64,000 nucleotides of DNA from Acidobacteriota bacterium (lineage in GTDB: Bacteria; Acidobacteriota; UBA890; WLXD01). Each line of letters opens with the position of its first letter. Position 1 is the first letter of the stretch. Below are positions 35,497-46,727 of the stretch, piece by piece. A program made the position numbers and the translations under genes. Under the pieces are notes generated by a model. The model saw nothing but the letters and a program-made list of their open reading frames with translations. It was not told the origin of the DNA and ran no database searches. The stretch spans positions 416,001 through 480,000 of the forward strand of contig CBDBHB010000008.1 in assembly GCA_965205505.1 (NCBI GenBank), in the 5' to 3' direction.

Positions 35497-38400
35497 TCAC
35501 AGGCATGTTGCATCCGGTGCGGGGACGCCATATTGGTCCAAGAGCACCGACCAGCCGCGCTCGCCTTCCGCGCCTGTCGATGCTGCCACCGGCACGACTT
35601 GTCCGCGCGCCACATCGATCAGCAATTGCTGTACCTGGTGGCTGGCACGGTCGATCAACTCGTGATCCGGCTGGTTGAAATAGGACAGTAGGCAACGGTA
35701 ACAACCCCGCACACAAGCCTCTTGTTCACGTTCCTCTAGAAGGTCGGGGTCGCCTGCATCAACGGCCTCTTCGACGTTGTCGAAATGCATCAGTTCGAGC
35801 GCTTGTTTCGCGACCCGGTTCAGTGCATCCGGATCCTCAATCAGACGGCTCAGCACGCCAGCGCCACCCTCAGCCGCCTCGTAGGCCAGGACAGCGCGCC
35901 GGTCATCCCTGCCGGGTAGCGGCTCGCCCAGGATTTCGCCTTCCTCCAGCTGGAACACCACCGTGATGCCCCGCATCAAGGCATGCTGGAGCGTGGCGAT
36001 TGTCTTTGGGTCAAAGCGATCGGGATCTTCGAACCGAAGCAGGAGGGCGTTCTTGCGATCCCGGACGATCGGGACGATCCGCACCGGCCGCACCGCATCC
36101 GGTGGGATCTCCACTTCCGGGTCTTCGTCCTCGCTCTTGGCCCAGTATCCGGTACGGGGATCGATCATGAATCCGAGTACCGTCTTGTCGCGGCGCCGCT
36201 TCAGCCCCTTGTTGATCCGACTGATCTGCGCGCTGTTGGCGTATTGCAGCCTGATCAGGGGCGCGTCCGCGACCTGGAACTCAGCCTCGATGACCTCGAC
36301 ACGGCCGTGCTTTCGCGGCCAGGCAAAAACCGTCTGAATCTCGAAGCCCTGACGAATGCGTTCCTCGTTATTGGCTGTTATCCGCTCGGCCGGCGCCGCC
36401 TCCACATTATTGATCCTGAGTGTGCGTTTGACCGGCAGCGCGTCAGCCATCGCCTCGTTGCAAGCGTGACAGCGTTCGACCTCGCCGTCGTGCGCTGCCC
36501 CGCAGTTCGGGCAGATGGTGATCTCCCGCGTCGCTAGTTCCTGACCGTCGTCGGTCCGGGTCTCGGGAGGTAGCTTCGCCTTGACGACCCGGAACGCACG
36601 CCCTTCGTGATAAATGAGGCTGCGAGGACCGAACTCGGAGATGGCGAGAAACCGGGCGCGCTGCAGGAAAGAACCGGACGTACCCTCACCGGGAACGAAG
36701 GCGTATAGGGGCAGCCGCGGGAAATTGTAGCCGGGTAGAAAACCTTCCGTCGCCAGGTAACGGTACGAGTAAAAGTCCGATCCGTTGGTTGCACGGCCTT
36801 GTTCAAGAAGGGCGATCTGATCCGTGGCCCGCATCTGCGCGGCCTTGATCTTGCGCCGATCGGCTCCCGACAGCCCCGGTACTTGTGACTGGCTGTTGGC
36901 CTCGATCAGTTGTGTGCGGGCGGAGTGATAGAGTTCACGCCATCGGTCGAAGGCCCTGTCGAATTCCTCCGGCGACTGGGTGGCAACCTCCCTCACATAC
37001 TCGTCCGGATCCGCCATCCAGCCAGGTTTGCGACCGTCCAGCGACGCAAGAATTTGCTCCAGGACACGGCGCAGTGGTCCGCATGCCTTGTCGACCAGAC
37101 CGGGAGCCTGGATAACCTCGAGGATCTCGTCTTTCAGGGGGTATCCGTTCTTCTGTAGGTCGAGGATCTCGGGAATGTCGGCAGACAGGGGTAACTGCGC
37201 CGAGGCAAGCCAGATCGCCTGCAGATGAGAAGCGACCAGGTTCTTGTTGGTGATCTCGAGTGCCGGCGGGCGTACCACACCGGCCACCATGTCGATGCGC
37301 CGATCGAAGAAATACTGATCATGCGGCGACTGGGCCGCACAGTACGTGAAGATGACCGCGGCCTGCCCTGACCGCCCCGCACGTCCAGCTCGTTGCGCGT
37401 AGTTCGCAGGCGTCGGCGGCACATTGCGAAGATAAATCGCATTCAGCGCCGAGATGTCGACCCCTAGCTCCATCGTGGGCGTGCAGAACAGGGCCGGCAA
37501 TAGGTGTGCCGACTCGCCGCCGGCCTTGATTTCCGTCTCGCACTCGGCAATCCGCGCTTGATCGTCGGCTTCGAAGCGGAAGCGCCATTCCCGCCATTCC
37601 CGCTGCCTCTGGGTCACCTGGGCCGTATGCTCGCGGCTCTCTATCCCGAACAACGAACTGGTCCTCACCCCGTCCAGATCGGCCGCAATCCGCGTATACA
37701 GGTCGTGAAAGTAACGGTTCCCTACAGCGGCTTGCTCTCGAGCGGCCGGTCCTGGAATGAGTCGGACAGCCGAGGGCGATAGACACCACCCTGGAAAATC
37801 GCCCTCACTCGAAGCCAGCGTCACAAGCCCTTCATCGGCCAGAATGGCAAGGAGTTCGGAGACAAAGACGAGGTAGTCGCCCCTCCCGAGCTTCGTGCCG
37901 ATGACGCTCTCGCGGTTAAGCAGGCGCGCTATGCGTGACTGCGGGCCCGCGCGAAGGACCAGCTGTTCTTCACGCAGACTCGTGACTCTCTTGCCGGGGG
38001 CCTTCAGAAACAGGGTTGTACGCCCTCGCGGTCTTTCCTTGCTGTCGATCGCCCACGGAACCTGCAGGAGCGACCGTGATCTCTGTGCAACGGTGTCCAG
38101 AACGGCAAGATCGAGTGCCTCGGTACCGACGGCCAAGCCTTCGAGCATGGCCCCTAGCAGGATCCGGAGGACCTTTCTGCGAGCATCATGATCCAGGGAT
38201 CCGAGCTCAGGCAGAATGGCTGGGAACCTGTTTCCGTCCGCGGCCACGTCGCCGAGTCCCACGAAATCCACTTCGATCAACTTCAACCTCGACAGGCTCG
38301 GATTCGTGAAACGCCAACCCCGACGCAAATCGGTCCAGACCCGGTGCGCGAGCACCTTGGCCAACGACCGCTCTGCATCGCTGCGAACCACCGCCCCGGC

Positions 38401-40497
38401 CTCGGGGTTCAGCATCCAGTGCATCCGCAGCGCTGCGTTCGAGCCGACAAAACCCAAGGCCCGTTGAACACGGAAGCCGAACTCCTCTTCCCGCAGGCCT
38501 TCCTCGCCAGCGTCGACAACGGCGCGCAGCATTGCTCCGCGCAGCAGGCTCACGAACACAAAATCGTTGAAATGCCCCGCTTGAAGTGCAGCGTCCTGGC
38601 GATTGTCCGTGAAGCCAAGGAGTTTGCGCTTCTCCTGTGCAACGGCATGGGCAGGCTCGTTCAGCCATTCAAGAGCGCTCGATACGAGAAGCGTCGTCGC
38701 TGAGCTCCGACCTTCAGCGGTCAGGCCCGCAAGCTTGCTGCGCTCGCGCATGGCCGCTTGTGGCTCATCGAGACAGCAGGTGCAGAAGGCGAATTTGCCC
38801 GGAATGAACCAGAATGGCTCACCGTCTTCGGCAGCACGGCCGCTGCCCGCGACCGTCACCATCTTCGGCACACGGCTCTTGCGGTACGACCGGAGCTTGG
38901 GCTGGCCGTTGCTTTCTTGTGTCCAGCCTTCCGGAAACTTCTCGAGCTCCCCATCGAAGCGGTAGTCCGGATCACCAACTCCGGATGGCGTTAGGTACCC
39001 GGCGACGTCGGTTTCGTCGTCGCTGCCGATCGGGGTGTCGTCGATATTGCGCGGCACGAACAACGGGCGATCCTCGTGCTGCCTTCTCGTCACCACGTAG
39101 TACTCCTGACCGCAACGGCGGCAGAAGCGAATCGGATACAGCCGGGTCCCCGGAGAGTCGGGATCCTCGAGTTGTCCCTCCAGCAGAACGGTTCGCGGCT
39201 TCAACCGCAATGTTGCGAAAATGTCGCCCGCTCCTGCGATGAAGCGGTGCAGCTTGAAGGCCAGGAACGATTGGTCGCCGGTACCGCCTCGGTCCTTGTC
39301 AGGAAGGCTGACGCGGGTCAGGAAGCTCTCCAACACGGCACCACAGCGCTCTGGGTCGATACCGCTCGCCTGCGCCAGCGATTCGGTGGCCTCGCCAAAG
39401 GGCATCGGCCGTCGGCGCTTCAGGATCTGCGCGTCTTCCAGACCGAGCTCGAGCTCCGCCCAGACCGCAAGCGGGTGGGTGAACAGCTCGTCATCGGTCA
39501 GCCGCTCGGGAACGTCCCCCTCGAGCACGCCCGCAAGCTTCGGGGCAACATCCGCGAGTGCGAGGCGATCGTCCGTGGCCCGGCGCAGGGACTCATCGAT
39601 CACCGCATCCGGGCCGATCGGGACTCCGAACAGACGTGAAGCCACTTCCGAGACCGCCAAGGCCCTGCTGCCATCGCTTCCTTCGCTGGCCATCGTCGCT
39701 GAGGTCCCGATACAGATCGGAGCCTTGTCGGGCGTGCAGCGGTCACGCATACGCCGAACCAGAATGGCGACATCAGCACCTTGGCGGCCACGATATGTAT
39801 GCAGTTCGTCCAGGACGATGAACTCAAGGCCGTTGGCGTTCGCGATGACTTGAGAATCGACGGGAGCCTGCCGGGTCAGCAACAGCTCGGCCATCATGAA
39901 GTTGGTCAGCAGAACATCCGGCGGATGATCCGCGATCCACTGCCTTTCCTCCTGACCCTCCTGCCCGGTGTATCGCCGTACCACCGGCTTGAGGTTGTCC
40001 GGAAGGCCTGACTGATCAACGAATTTCTCGATTTCCTTCACCTGGCTGTTAGCCAAGGCGTTCATCGGATACACGATGATCGCGCGTGTCCTCGGCGCAT
40101 GCCCGGCCTTCCGCGCCCGGATGATCGCGTCCACGATCGGCACAAAGAAGCAAAGGGACTTCCCCGATCCAGTCCCCGTCGTCACAACGTAACTGTGTCC
40201 GGCGCACGCTTTGGCGATCGCCTGTCCCTGATGCTTGTGAAGCGTGATCGGCCTCGACCCAAACCGGAAGATCTGGGCCGTCTCCGGGCAAATGTCGCCG
40301 GAATCGACGAGATCGTCGGTCGTTGGTCCCGCTTCGTAATGAGGGTTCAGGGAAAGGAGGACATCCGGCCAGAAACGGCCCTCCTCATACTCGCGTGCAA
40401 TCGCCTCACGCAGGTCGGCTGCCCGAATCGTGCTGAAAGACCGCGAGAATGAAGCGTAGCTATTGACGATGTGGTGATCGAATTCGAAGGCTTTCAT
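35497..40497 (-). CDS. Large YprA-like DEAD/DEAH helicase with DUF1998 (anti-phage defence type); C-terminus clipped by IS3
   Basis: 'TGTGSGKS', 'YPMNALANSQ', 'DELH', 'SAT', 'TPTMELGVDI', 'QRAGRAGR', 'CVRGCYRCLLSYFNQ'; stop codon supplied by the IS IR. Confidence 0.92.
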   Translation of the reverse strand: MKAFEFDHHIVNSYASFSRSFSTIRAADLREAIAREYEEGRFWPDVLLSLNPHYEAGPTTDDLVDSGDICPETAQIFRFGSRPITLHKHQGQAIAKACAGHSYVVTTGTGSGKSLCFFVPIVDAIIRARKAGHAPRTRAIIVYPMNALANSQVKEIEKFVDQSGLPDNLKPVVRRYTGQEGQEERQWIADHPPDVLLTNFMMAELLLTRQAPVDSQVIANANGLEFIVLDELHTYRGRQGADVAILVRRMRDRCTPDKAPICIGTSATMASEGSDGSRALAVSEVASRLFGVPIGPDAVIDESLRRATDDRLALADVAPKLAGVLEGDVPERLTDDELFTHPLAVWAELELGLEDAQILKRRRPMPFGEATESLAQASGIDPERCGAVLESFLTRVSLPDKDRGGTGDQSFLAFKLHRFIAGAGDIFATLRLKPRTVLLEGQLEDPDSPGTRLYPIRFCRRCGQEYYVVTRRQHEDRPLFVPRNIDDTPIGSDDETDVAGYLTPSGVGDPDYRFDGELEKFPEGWTQESNGQPKLRSYRKSRVPKMVTVAGSGRAAEDGEPFWFIPGKFAFCTCCLDEPQAAMRERSKLAGLTAEGRSSATTLLVSSALEWLNEPAHAVAQEKRKLLGFTDNRQDAALQAGHFNDFVFVSLLRGAMLRAVVDAGEEGLREEEFGFRVQRALGFVGSNAALRMHWMLNPEAGAVVRSDAERSLAKVLAHRVWTDLRRGWRFTNPSLSRLKLIEVDFVGLGDVAADGNRFPAILPELGSLDHDARRKVLRILLGAMLEGLAVGTEALDLAVLDTVAQRSRSLLQVPWAIDSKERPRGRTTLFLKAPGKRVTSLREEQLVLRAGPQSRIARLLNRESVIGTKLGRGDYLVFVSELLAILADEGLVTLASSEGDFPGWCLSPSAVRLIPGPAAREQAAVGNRYFHDLYTRIAADLDGVRTSSLFGIESREHTAQVTQRQREWREWRFRFEADDQARIAECETEIKAGGESAHLLPALFCTPTMELGVDISALNAIYLRNVPPTPANYAQRAGRAGRSGQAAVIFTYCAAQSPHDQYFFDRRIDMVAGVVRPPALEITNKNLVASHLQAIWLASAQLPLSADIPEILDLQKNGYPLKDEILEVIQAPGLVDKACGPLRRVLEQILASLDGRKPGWMADPDEYVREVATQSPEEFDRAFDRWRELYHSARTQLIEANSQSQVPGLSGADRRKIKAAQMRATDQIALLEQGRATNGSDFYSYRYLATEGFLPGYNFPRLPLYAFVPGEGTSGSFLQRARFLAISEFGPRSLIYHEGRAFRVVKAKLPPETRTDDGQELATREITICPNCGAAHDGEVERCHACNEAMADALPVKRTLRINNVEAAPAERITANNEERIRQGFEIQTVFAWPRKHGRVEVIEAEFQVADAPLIRLQYANSAQISRINKGLKRRRDKTVLGFMIDPRTGYWAKSEDEDPEVEIPPDAVRPVRIVPIVRDRKNALLLRFEDPDRFDPKTIATLQHALMRGITVVFQLEEGEILGEPLPGRDDRRAVLAYEAAEGGAGVLSRLIEDPDALNRVAKQALELMHFDNVEEAVDAGDPDLLEEREQEACVRGCYRCLLSYFNQPDHELIDRASHQVQQLLIDVARGQVVPVAASTGAEGERGWSVLLDQYGVPAPDATCL

Positions 40498-40800
40498 GCA
40501 TCGTCCTGCAAATTGCGTCCTTCAATAGCGAGTAGGACGGTCATGAATCCTCAACGTTTTCGGCCGCCACACCTGACGCCGATACCAGTGTCAGACGCCG
40601 GCGCAGCACCCAACATTACCGGTTCCATCCCGCCGGCATGACCCACGGACATACGGAGCGCCTGACGCGATCGCAGCAGCCTCTTCAGGGGCGCAGCTAG
40701 AGCTTGTGCCGTTAGTGGACTCCGGTCGTTCGGTACCTTGTGGATTTCCCGGCCACTGGTTCGCCGAGACTGCCCGGTATCTCACGCGTCCCTTCGTCTT

Positions 40801-41070
40801 CTATCTCCTGGACCTGCCTGCATCTACGAGCTTCTCCAGCCCGTACACGATCGTCTGGTGGGCGAACTCCTGACCCTGTTTGCTGAGGCTACGCTGGATT
40901 TCGGCCACCGTCATCGACTCGCTGCTGCTGCTTAACAACTCCAGCGCAAGCTCGTAGCTCCGTCCCCGTTTCGGTTGCTGACGCGTCTTGCGTGTCTTCT
41001 TCTTGGCCGGCGACATCGCCTTGGCCGCCGTGCCCGGGTGCTGCAGCGTCGCCTGTTTCATGGATCCCAC
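40801..41070 (-). CDS. Small winged-helix-like protein
   Basis: 'LELLSSSSESMTVAEIQRSL...HQTIVYGLEKLVDAG'. Confidence 0.5.
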   Translation of the reverse strand: MGSMKQATLQHPGTAAKAMSPAKKKTRKTRQQPKRGRSYELALELLSSSSESMTVAEIQRSLSKQGQEFAHQTIVYGLEKLVDAGRSRR

Positions 41071-41277
41071 GGCGGCTTCCAGTGAACGCAGCTAACCTGG
41101 AATCAGGCCCCCCGAGAGCCACCACGATTCTCTTCCCCTTCCGGGGAACCTCGAACTATTTCTCGGATACTTCGGTTTTCATGGCCACGCTTCCGAGTTT
41201 GGCCAAGGAGGAGGTCAGTCAAGTCGTGGAGCTCGCGTGACGTGTTGAGAAGGGTCTTCGAAGAGGGTAGGAAGTGG

Positions 41278-43462
41278 ATGCGCCGCCTATTGTGCCGCCT
41301 GCTCTTCCGAGGGACCTCTCACAGTGAGGGCAATGAGGGCGGGACAGAGCCCGACGAGCCCCCAGTACCGTCGACGAAGCTCGACAGTCCATCGGCGACA
41401 TCGCATACAGCACCGCCGGAAAGCCCACACGGAAGGCGAGCTGCGCCTTCTCGTCCCCACGCGGCGATGGCGGATCCACTGACGGCAAGGGCGATACCGA
41501 CGGGCGTGATCCCGAAGACCGATGGCGGGATCTCGGCTCCCTCGAAGGGGCGGAAGAAAGTCGAGGAGCCAGAGCCTCGACCTCCCCGACGTATTCCAGG
41601 AAGACGAGACGGACCGACGCAGACTAGAACCGCAACTAAGAACGGGAGCGGAGGAAATCGTGTAGGACGTCCAACGTCCAAGCCCCGTCCGGAGCTGATC
41701 TGCCGCAGACCTTCGGGTTCAGTGCAATGGGAAGTACTGCTCTCCGCAGATGAAGAATCCCGAATTGCACTAGTGAAGCAGAACGGCGAGCCGCTCAGCC
41801 TGGGGGACGGGGGGGTGGTCTCTCACGTCGTTCGACGGTCGCCTGTCCATCGACTTCGAGCAAGGCCCATCGATCCACGTCTCGCTGTTCGACAAGAGCC
41901 CACTGATCTTCAAGCTGAACAAAGCTTGGACCGGGGATGGCCGAAACATCACCCACCTGACGAAGGGCCACTTCATCGTGATCGCGCCGGTGGAGTGGGT
42001 CCGTTCGGGCCATGTGCCCGTTGAACCGGATTGCTGCTCTGACTCGGCGTTCATGGCGCACTATTTCTTCCAGGGCGGCAGTGAGTCCACGGAAGAGCCC
42101 GGCGGCTTTTCGGGGCATGAGATCGACTCAAGCGCACCCGGATTCAAGTTGAGCGGAAAGCGCGTCTTCGACGATTCCGAGGAGGGTGACCTGTTCGTGG
42201 GAACTCCTCCGCAACTGAGTGATACGGACCGAGTGGTTTGGGCGCGGGTCGGAGAGGAAAGAGCACACGGCTGGAAGGGCCATAACTTCAAACCGTCCGA
42301 GCGCACCCTTGCCGAAGTCATGAATGCTCGGCAGGGTCGCTTCTTCGTTCGCGTTTACGATGAGCAAGGGGCAATGCTGGATGGTGCCCAGTTCCGATAC
42401 CTGCGCGGTCTCCGAGAGATTCGGGTGAACGGAGAGCCTTACGCCGAAGACACGCTGCTCGTGCCGAGCGCGACAGGCCATCCGCCGACAAGGGTGCGGT
42501 TCATCGGCGCCGATGGCTTACCTTTGCACGCCGCCTTGCCGCCAGGCGCAATGCCTATGGAGGACGGGACGGGTACTCTGATCGCCGAGCCGCACCCCGA
42601 CGCGGACGAGATTTCGTGTGCGCTGGAAGCCGATGGCGGCCGCGTGGAAATCGCTTTGCATTTGCCGCGCATCTGGTGGCGGATGGAGCGAGAAGGCGCC
42701 GAATGGGATGGCGAGTGGTGCAGCACACCGTTCAAGATGACGCGCCATGATTTCCGTGACCACGCCGACTCGAACGCGATACTGCGGTTGCGATCACCGA
42801 AGCGAATCAGGTCGGTTGTCGTGGGCTTCGGTGACGAGCCGTGCCTCAAGTACACGAGGAGGGACGATGAGTTCGTATTGCCTCTAGCCCACTTCGTCGA
42901 TCATGTCCAGGTCGACCATCGCCTGACCGAGGATGCCCTGTTCAACGTCCGATTTGATCAGGCCAACGACCGACGCGATCAGAGGCTGCTGACCTTGATC
43001 CGGATTCCCGCCGACCCGCCACCGGCAATTGTGTCGCTCACCTGTGAACCCGGGGCCCTCGCCGCCGGAGAGAAGTCGCTACTGTCTTGGGTGACCCGCA
43101 ATACTGACGATGTCCACGTCGTGATCGATCCCGACATCGGTGCGGTTGCGCCTACCGGAAGCCGTGAGATCGCACCCTTGGAGACAACGACCTACACGCT
43201 GCGGCTCACCGCGCCCGGGATGGAAGGCGTCACAAGGCGCGTCACCGTGCGAGTGTCACGCATGCAGCCAAGAAAGGTCCTCGCCAAGGTTCTGCGAGGG
43301 GGCGGCGGCTGGCGACGCGGCAGGGGCTTTAGCTGCGGAGAGTTGCGCACAGTCGACTTGACCGCGACTGAGGCGGCGCGGAGGTCGATCAGCATCGACA
43401 GACGTCGACGCAGCGTGCATCCGGCCAACATCAAGACCCTTCGGAAAGTGGCCCATGGCTGA
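41278..43462 (+). CDS. Helicase-partner protein (~728 aa once the frameshift near 41810 is corrected): beta-rich core, Ig-like domain, C-terminal eL13-like domain
   Basis: ORFs 41242-42024 and 41978-43462 join at a G homopolymer; 'PAIVSL...SLLSW...TTTYTLRLT'; 'GRGFSCGELR...ISIDRRRRSVHPANIKTL'. Confidence 0.8.
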
Positions 43463-46400
43463 CGTGCACGACATGGGCTCGTGGCCCGAAAGAATTCGCC
43501 AACGCTACGAGAGCTATCTGAAGACCTCGTTCTTCTTCAAGGATCCCGGCCTTCGCGCCTCGTTCCAGACCGCTCTGCAAGAGGAAGAAAGTCTGCTGAA
43601 GGGCAACTATCCGGAACCGGCTCGGCGCTTCCGCACGGGATTGAACGCGCGGGCGCTGGCGCGGGGGTGCTTTCCCGAGACCGCCACCGACCTGCTTCCA
43701 GCGCTGATCGACGCTCCGCTGTATGTGCACCAGGAACGAGCCGTCCGAGCCGTCCATCAGAAGCAGCGCAACATCGTGGTCGCCAGCAGCACCGCGAGCG
43801 GCAAGACCGAGAGTTTCCTGTACCCGATCCTGTTCGAGCTGTATCGCCAGCATCTAGCTGGCCAACTGCGCCAGCCTGGAGTCCGGGCCATGATCCTGTA
43901 CCCGATGAACGCGCTCGCCAACGACCAACGCGACCGTCTGGGCAACATCGGCCGGGATCTACACGAGGCGGGGTCGGGCTTCCGGCCCACTTTCGGGCAG
44001 TACATCGGCCAGACACCCCAGAACAGCCGAGACCGGTGGCGCAATACCGATTGGTGGGCCGAGAACCGCCTTCCGGGCGAAATGATCTTCCGCGACGAGA
44101 TGCGCGAGGCTCCGCCCCACATTCTGCTCACCAACTACTCGATGTTGGAGTACCTGCTCATCCGCCCTGACGACAGCCCACTGTTTGACAATGGCCGGGG
44201 CGAGCGCTGGCAGTTCATCGTGCTCGACGAAGCGCACCAGTACCGGGGTGCCAAGGGCATGGAGATGGGCATGCTGATCCGGCGTCTTAAGCAGCGGCTA
44301 CGCGACGGGGGTCGGCGGGATCCATTTCGCTGCATCGCCACGAGCGCGACTCTCTCCTCAGGCAAGAGCGAAGCCGACAGACACGCGGTCGTCGAGTTCG
44401 CCAACGAGCTCTTCGGGGAGTCCTTTTCGGCGCCCAGCATCGTCTTCAGCGAGTCGCAAGAAGCGGCGGCCGACGGGCCTCCGCGCCGATACCACGCCTT
44501 TCTGCGCGCTCTCGAGGGGGCGTTTCTAGTGCACAGAGACGGCACGGACGCTGTGGTGCTGAACCGTAAGGGCCAAGCCGGGGATGGCACCGCCGCAGAG
44601 CCGTTGGAAATCGCCTTGTGCAAGGAGTGCGGCCAGCACTATTACGTCGGTCGAAATCAGGGTGGCATGCTCCAGGAGGCCATTCGCGATCCCAGCCACT
44701 CGGACTTCGGCGTGGACTACTACCTGCCAACTGAGGATGGGGACCAACTTCTGTGTCGGCGTTGCGGTGCGCTGTCGGGCTCGACGCCGGCATGCGAATG
44801 CGGAGCGACGGTTCGCGTTAGACGGTGTGAGAACCACAAGGACCACGCCGATCAAATGAAGCGGTGCGAGGCGTGCCAGTATCGGCGCGGCGGCATCGGC
44901 GACCCGGTGCAGGAGATCGTGCACGGCTCCGACGGACCGAACGCTGTTATCGCAACCGCCCTGCACCAACTGCTCCCGGAGGGCCGGCGCAAGGTGCTGG
45001 CATTCGCTGACAGCCGCCAGGAGGCGGCGTTCTTCGCCTGGTATGCGGAGAATTCGTACGAGAAACTGCGCGACCGAAACCTCATATTGCGGGCGATCAA
45101 GGCGGGGCCGGTCGACTGTGGGGGGCTGTCCATCAGCGATCTCCAGAGCCGTTTGCTCGTCCAGTGGGAACGCGCCGGCCTGTTCAAGGCATCCGACACC
45201 GGCGAGAGCAGGAACCGGAAGGTGCTGACCGCCATTCTGCGGGAGGCGGTGACGGACGAAAGGAGGTTGTCCTTGAGCGGCGTCGGCCTCGTGAAGTGGT
45301 TCGTTGCCAGACCGGATTCGTTGCGTTTGCCGCAATCCATGCGACACTCGCCCTGGAGTTTCCAGGAGGAAGAGGCGCGCCGCCTGATCGGCTACCTGCT
45401 GGACGAGTTGCGCCCGCGCCGAGCCATGAATCTGCCGCCACGACCGTCGCTTGCATGGTCCGACGTATCGCTTTGGCCACAGCAGGCGTACTGCAAGGGA
45501 CCGCCGGGTAGGCGGCGGAGCGTTCTGCAATGGGGCGGTCCTCAGTCCGCAGTCGTCAGCCATTTCCTGCACCGGTTGCTCGCGGACTCCGGCTTGTCAG
45601 CGGAACAGAAGCGGTTGGAATCAACCGGGCTCATGGACGAGGTGTGGGAAGCGTTGCGGCATGATCGGGACCATCCAGTTCTCTCCCGCGGAACAGCGAA
45701 CGGAACGTTTCGGATCAATCCGGCTTGGCTGCGCATCAAGCCCGCCGGTCCCGGAGCAGTCTGGGAATGCGGCACATGCGCAACCTTGAGTAACTGCAAC
45801 ATCCGCGGTGTCTGTCCCCGCAATGGTTGCCCCGGCGACCTGACGCCCGCCAACCAAGAGCGTCTCCAGGAGAATCACTATCGGATTCTCTACGACGCCT
45901 TGGACCTTCCCCCGGCGCTGAGCGCGGAAGAGCATACCGCCCAGATTGACAGCGACGAGGCGCGCCGACGGCAGGACCGGTTCAAGAAGGGCAAGATCCA
46001 CCTGCTCAGCTCGTCGACGACGTTCGAGGTCGGCGTCGATCTCGGCGATCTCGATGCGGGGTTTCTGCGCAACGTGCCGCCGGAACCCTTCAACTACACG
46101 CAACGCGTGGGGCGGGCGGGGCGAGCGGCCACGCCAGGCCTGGCTCTGACGTACTGCCGCCGAAATCCCCATGACCTGTATCACTACGAAGATCCGGAAC
46201 ATCGGCTAATCCGTGGCGCGGTGCACCCGCCGCGCCTGCGGTTGACGAACCAGAAGATCGTCTTGCGGCACATGGTGGCCACTGCCCTGTCCGCCTTCTT
46301 CAGATCCGGCAGCAACGCCATGCGATTCAACCGTGTACAGGACTTGGTTGGGGACTGGCATAGCCCACGCGCAACGCTGGACCTGAGGGCGTTCTGCGAG

Positions 46401-46727
46401 AACAACAGCACATTGGCAGCGTCACTGCGCGAGATCGTTCCCGATCTCCTGCACAAGAGCACCGGACTCGCAGCGGACGCATGGACCGAGCAGGTTGCGG
46501 GGTCCGACAGTCGGCTTGCTGCCGTGGAGATTGAAGTGTGCTCGGACTATGTCGACATGGAGCGTAACCGGCAGGATCTGTTCGACCGACGCAAGGGCAC
46601 GGACAGAGTGGAAGACCGCATGAAGACCATTGCCCGCGAGCAGACGCTTAATTTCTTGTCCCGCAAGGCGGTCATCCCGAAGTACGGGTTCCCCGTGGAT
46701 GTCGTCGAACTCGATACTCGTCCCCGG
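43455..46727 (+). pseudogene. YprA/DruE-like DEAD/DEAH helicase truncated before DUF1998 (ORF runs on to 46994 in foreign sequence)
   Basis: 'STASGKTESF', 'YPMNALANDQ', 'LLTNYSMLEYLL', 'DEAHQY', 'STTFEVGVDLGDL', 'QRVGRAGR', 'IPKYGFPVDVVEL'. Confidence 0.88.

Larger units (their letters stand above)
34279..35499 (-). mobile_element. Complete IS3-family element (1221 bp)
   Basis: IRs TGACCCCACCCCGAAATCAGTACCAG / TGACCCAAACCCCGAAAACGGTGCCAG; orfA and orfB; A6G slippery site at 35162-35168. Confidence 0.95.
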
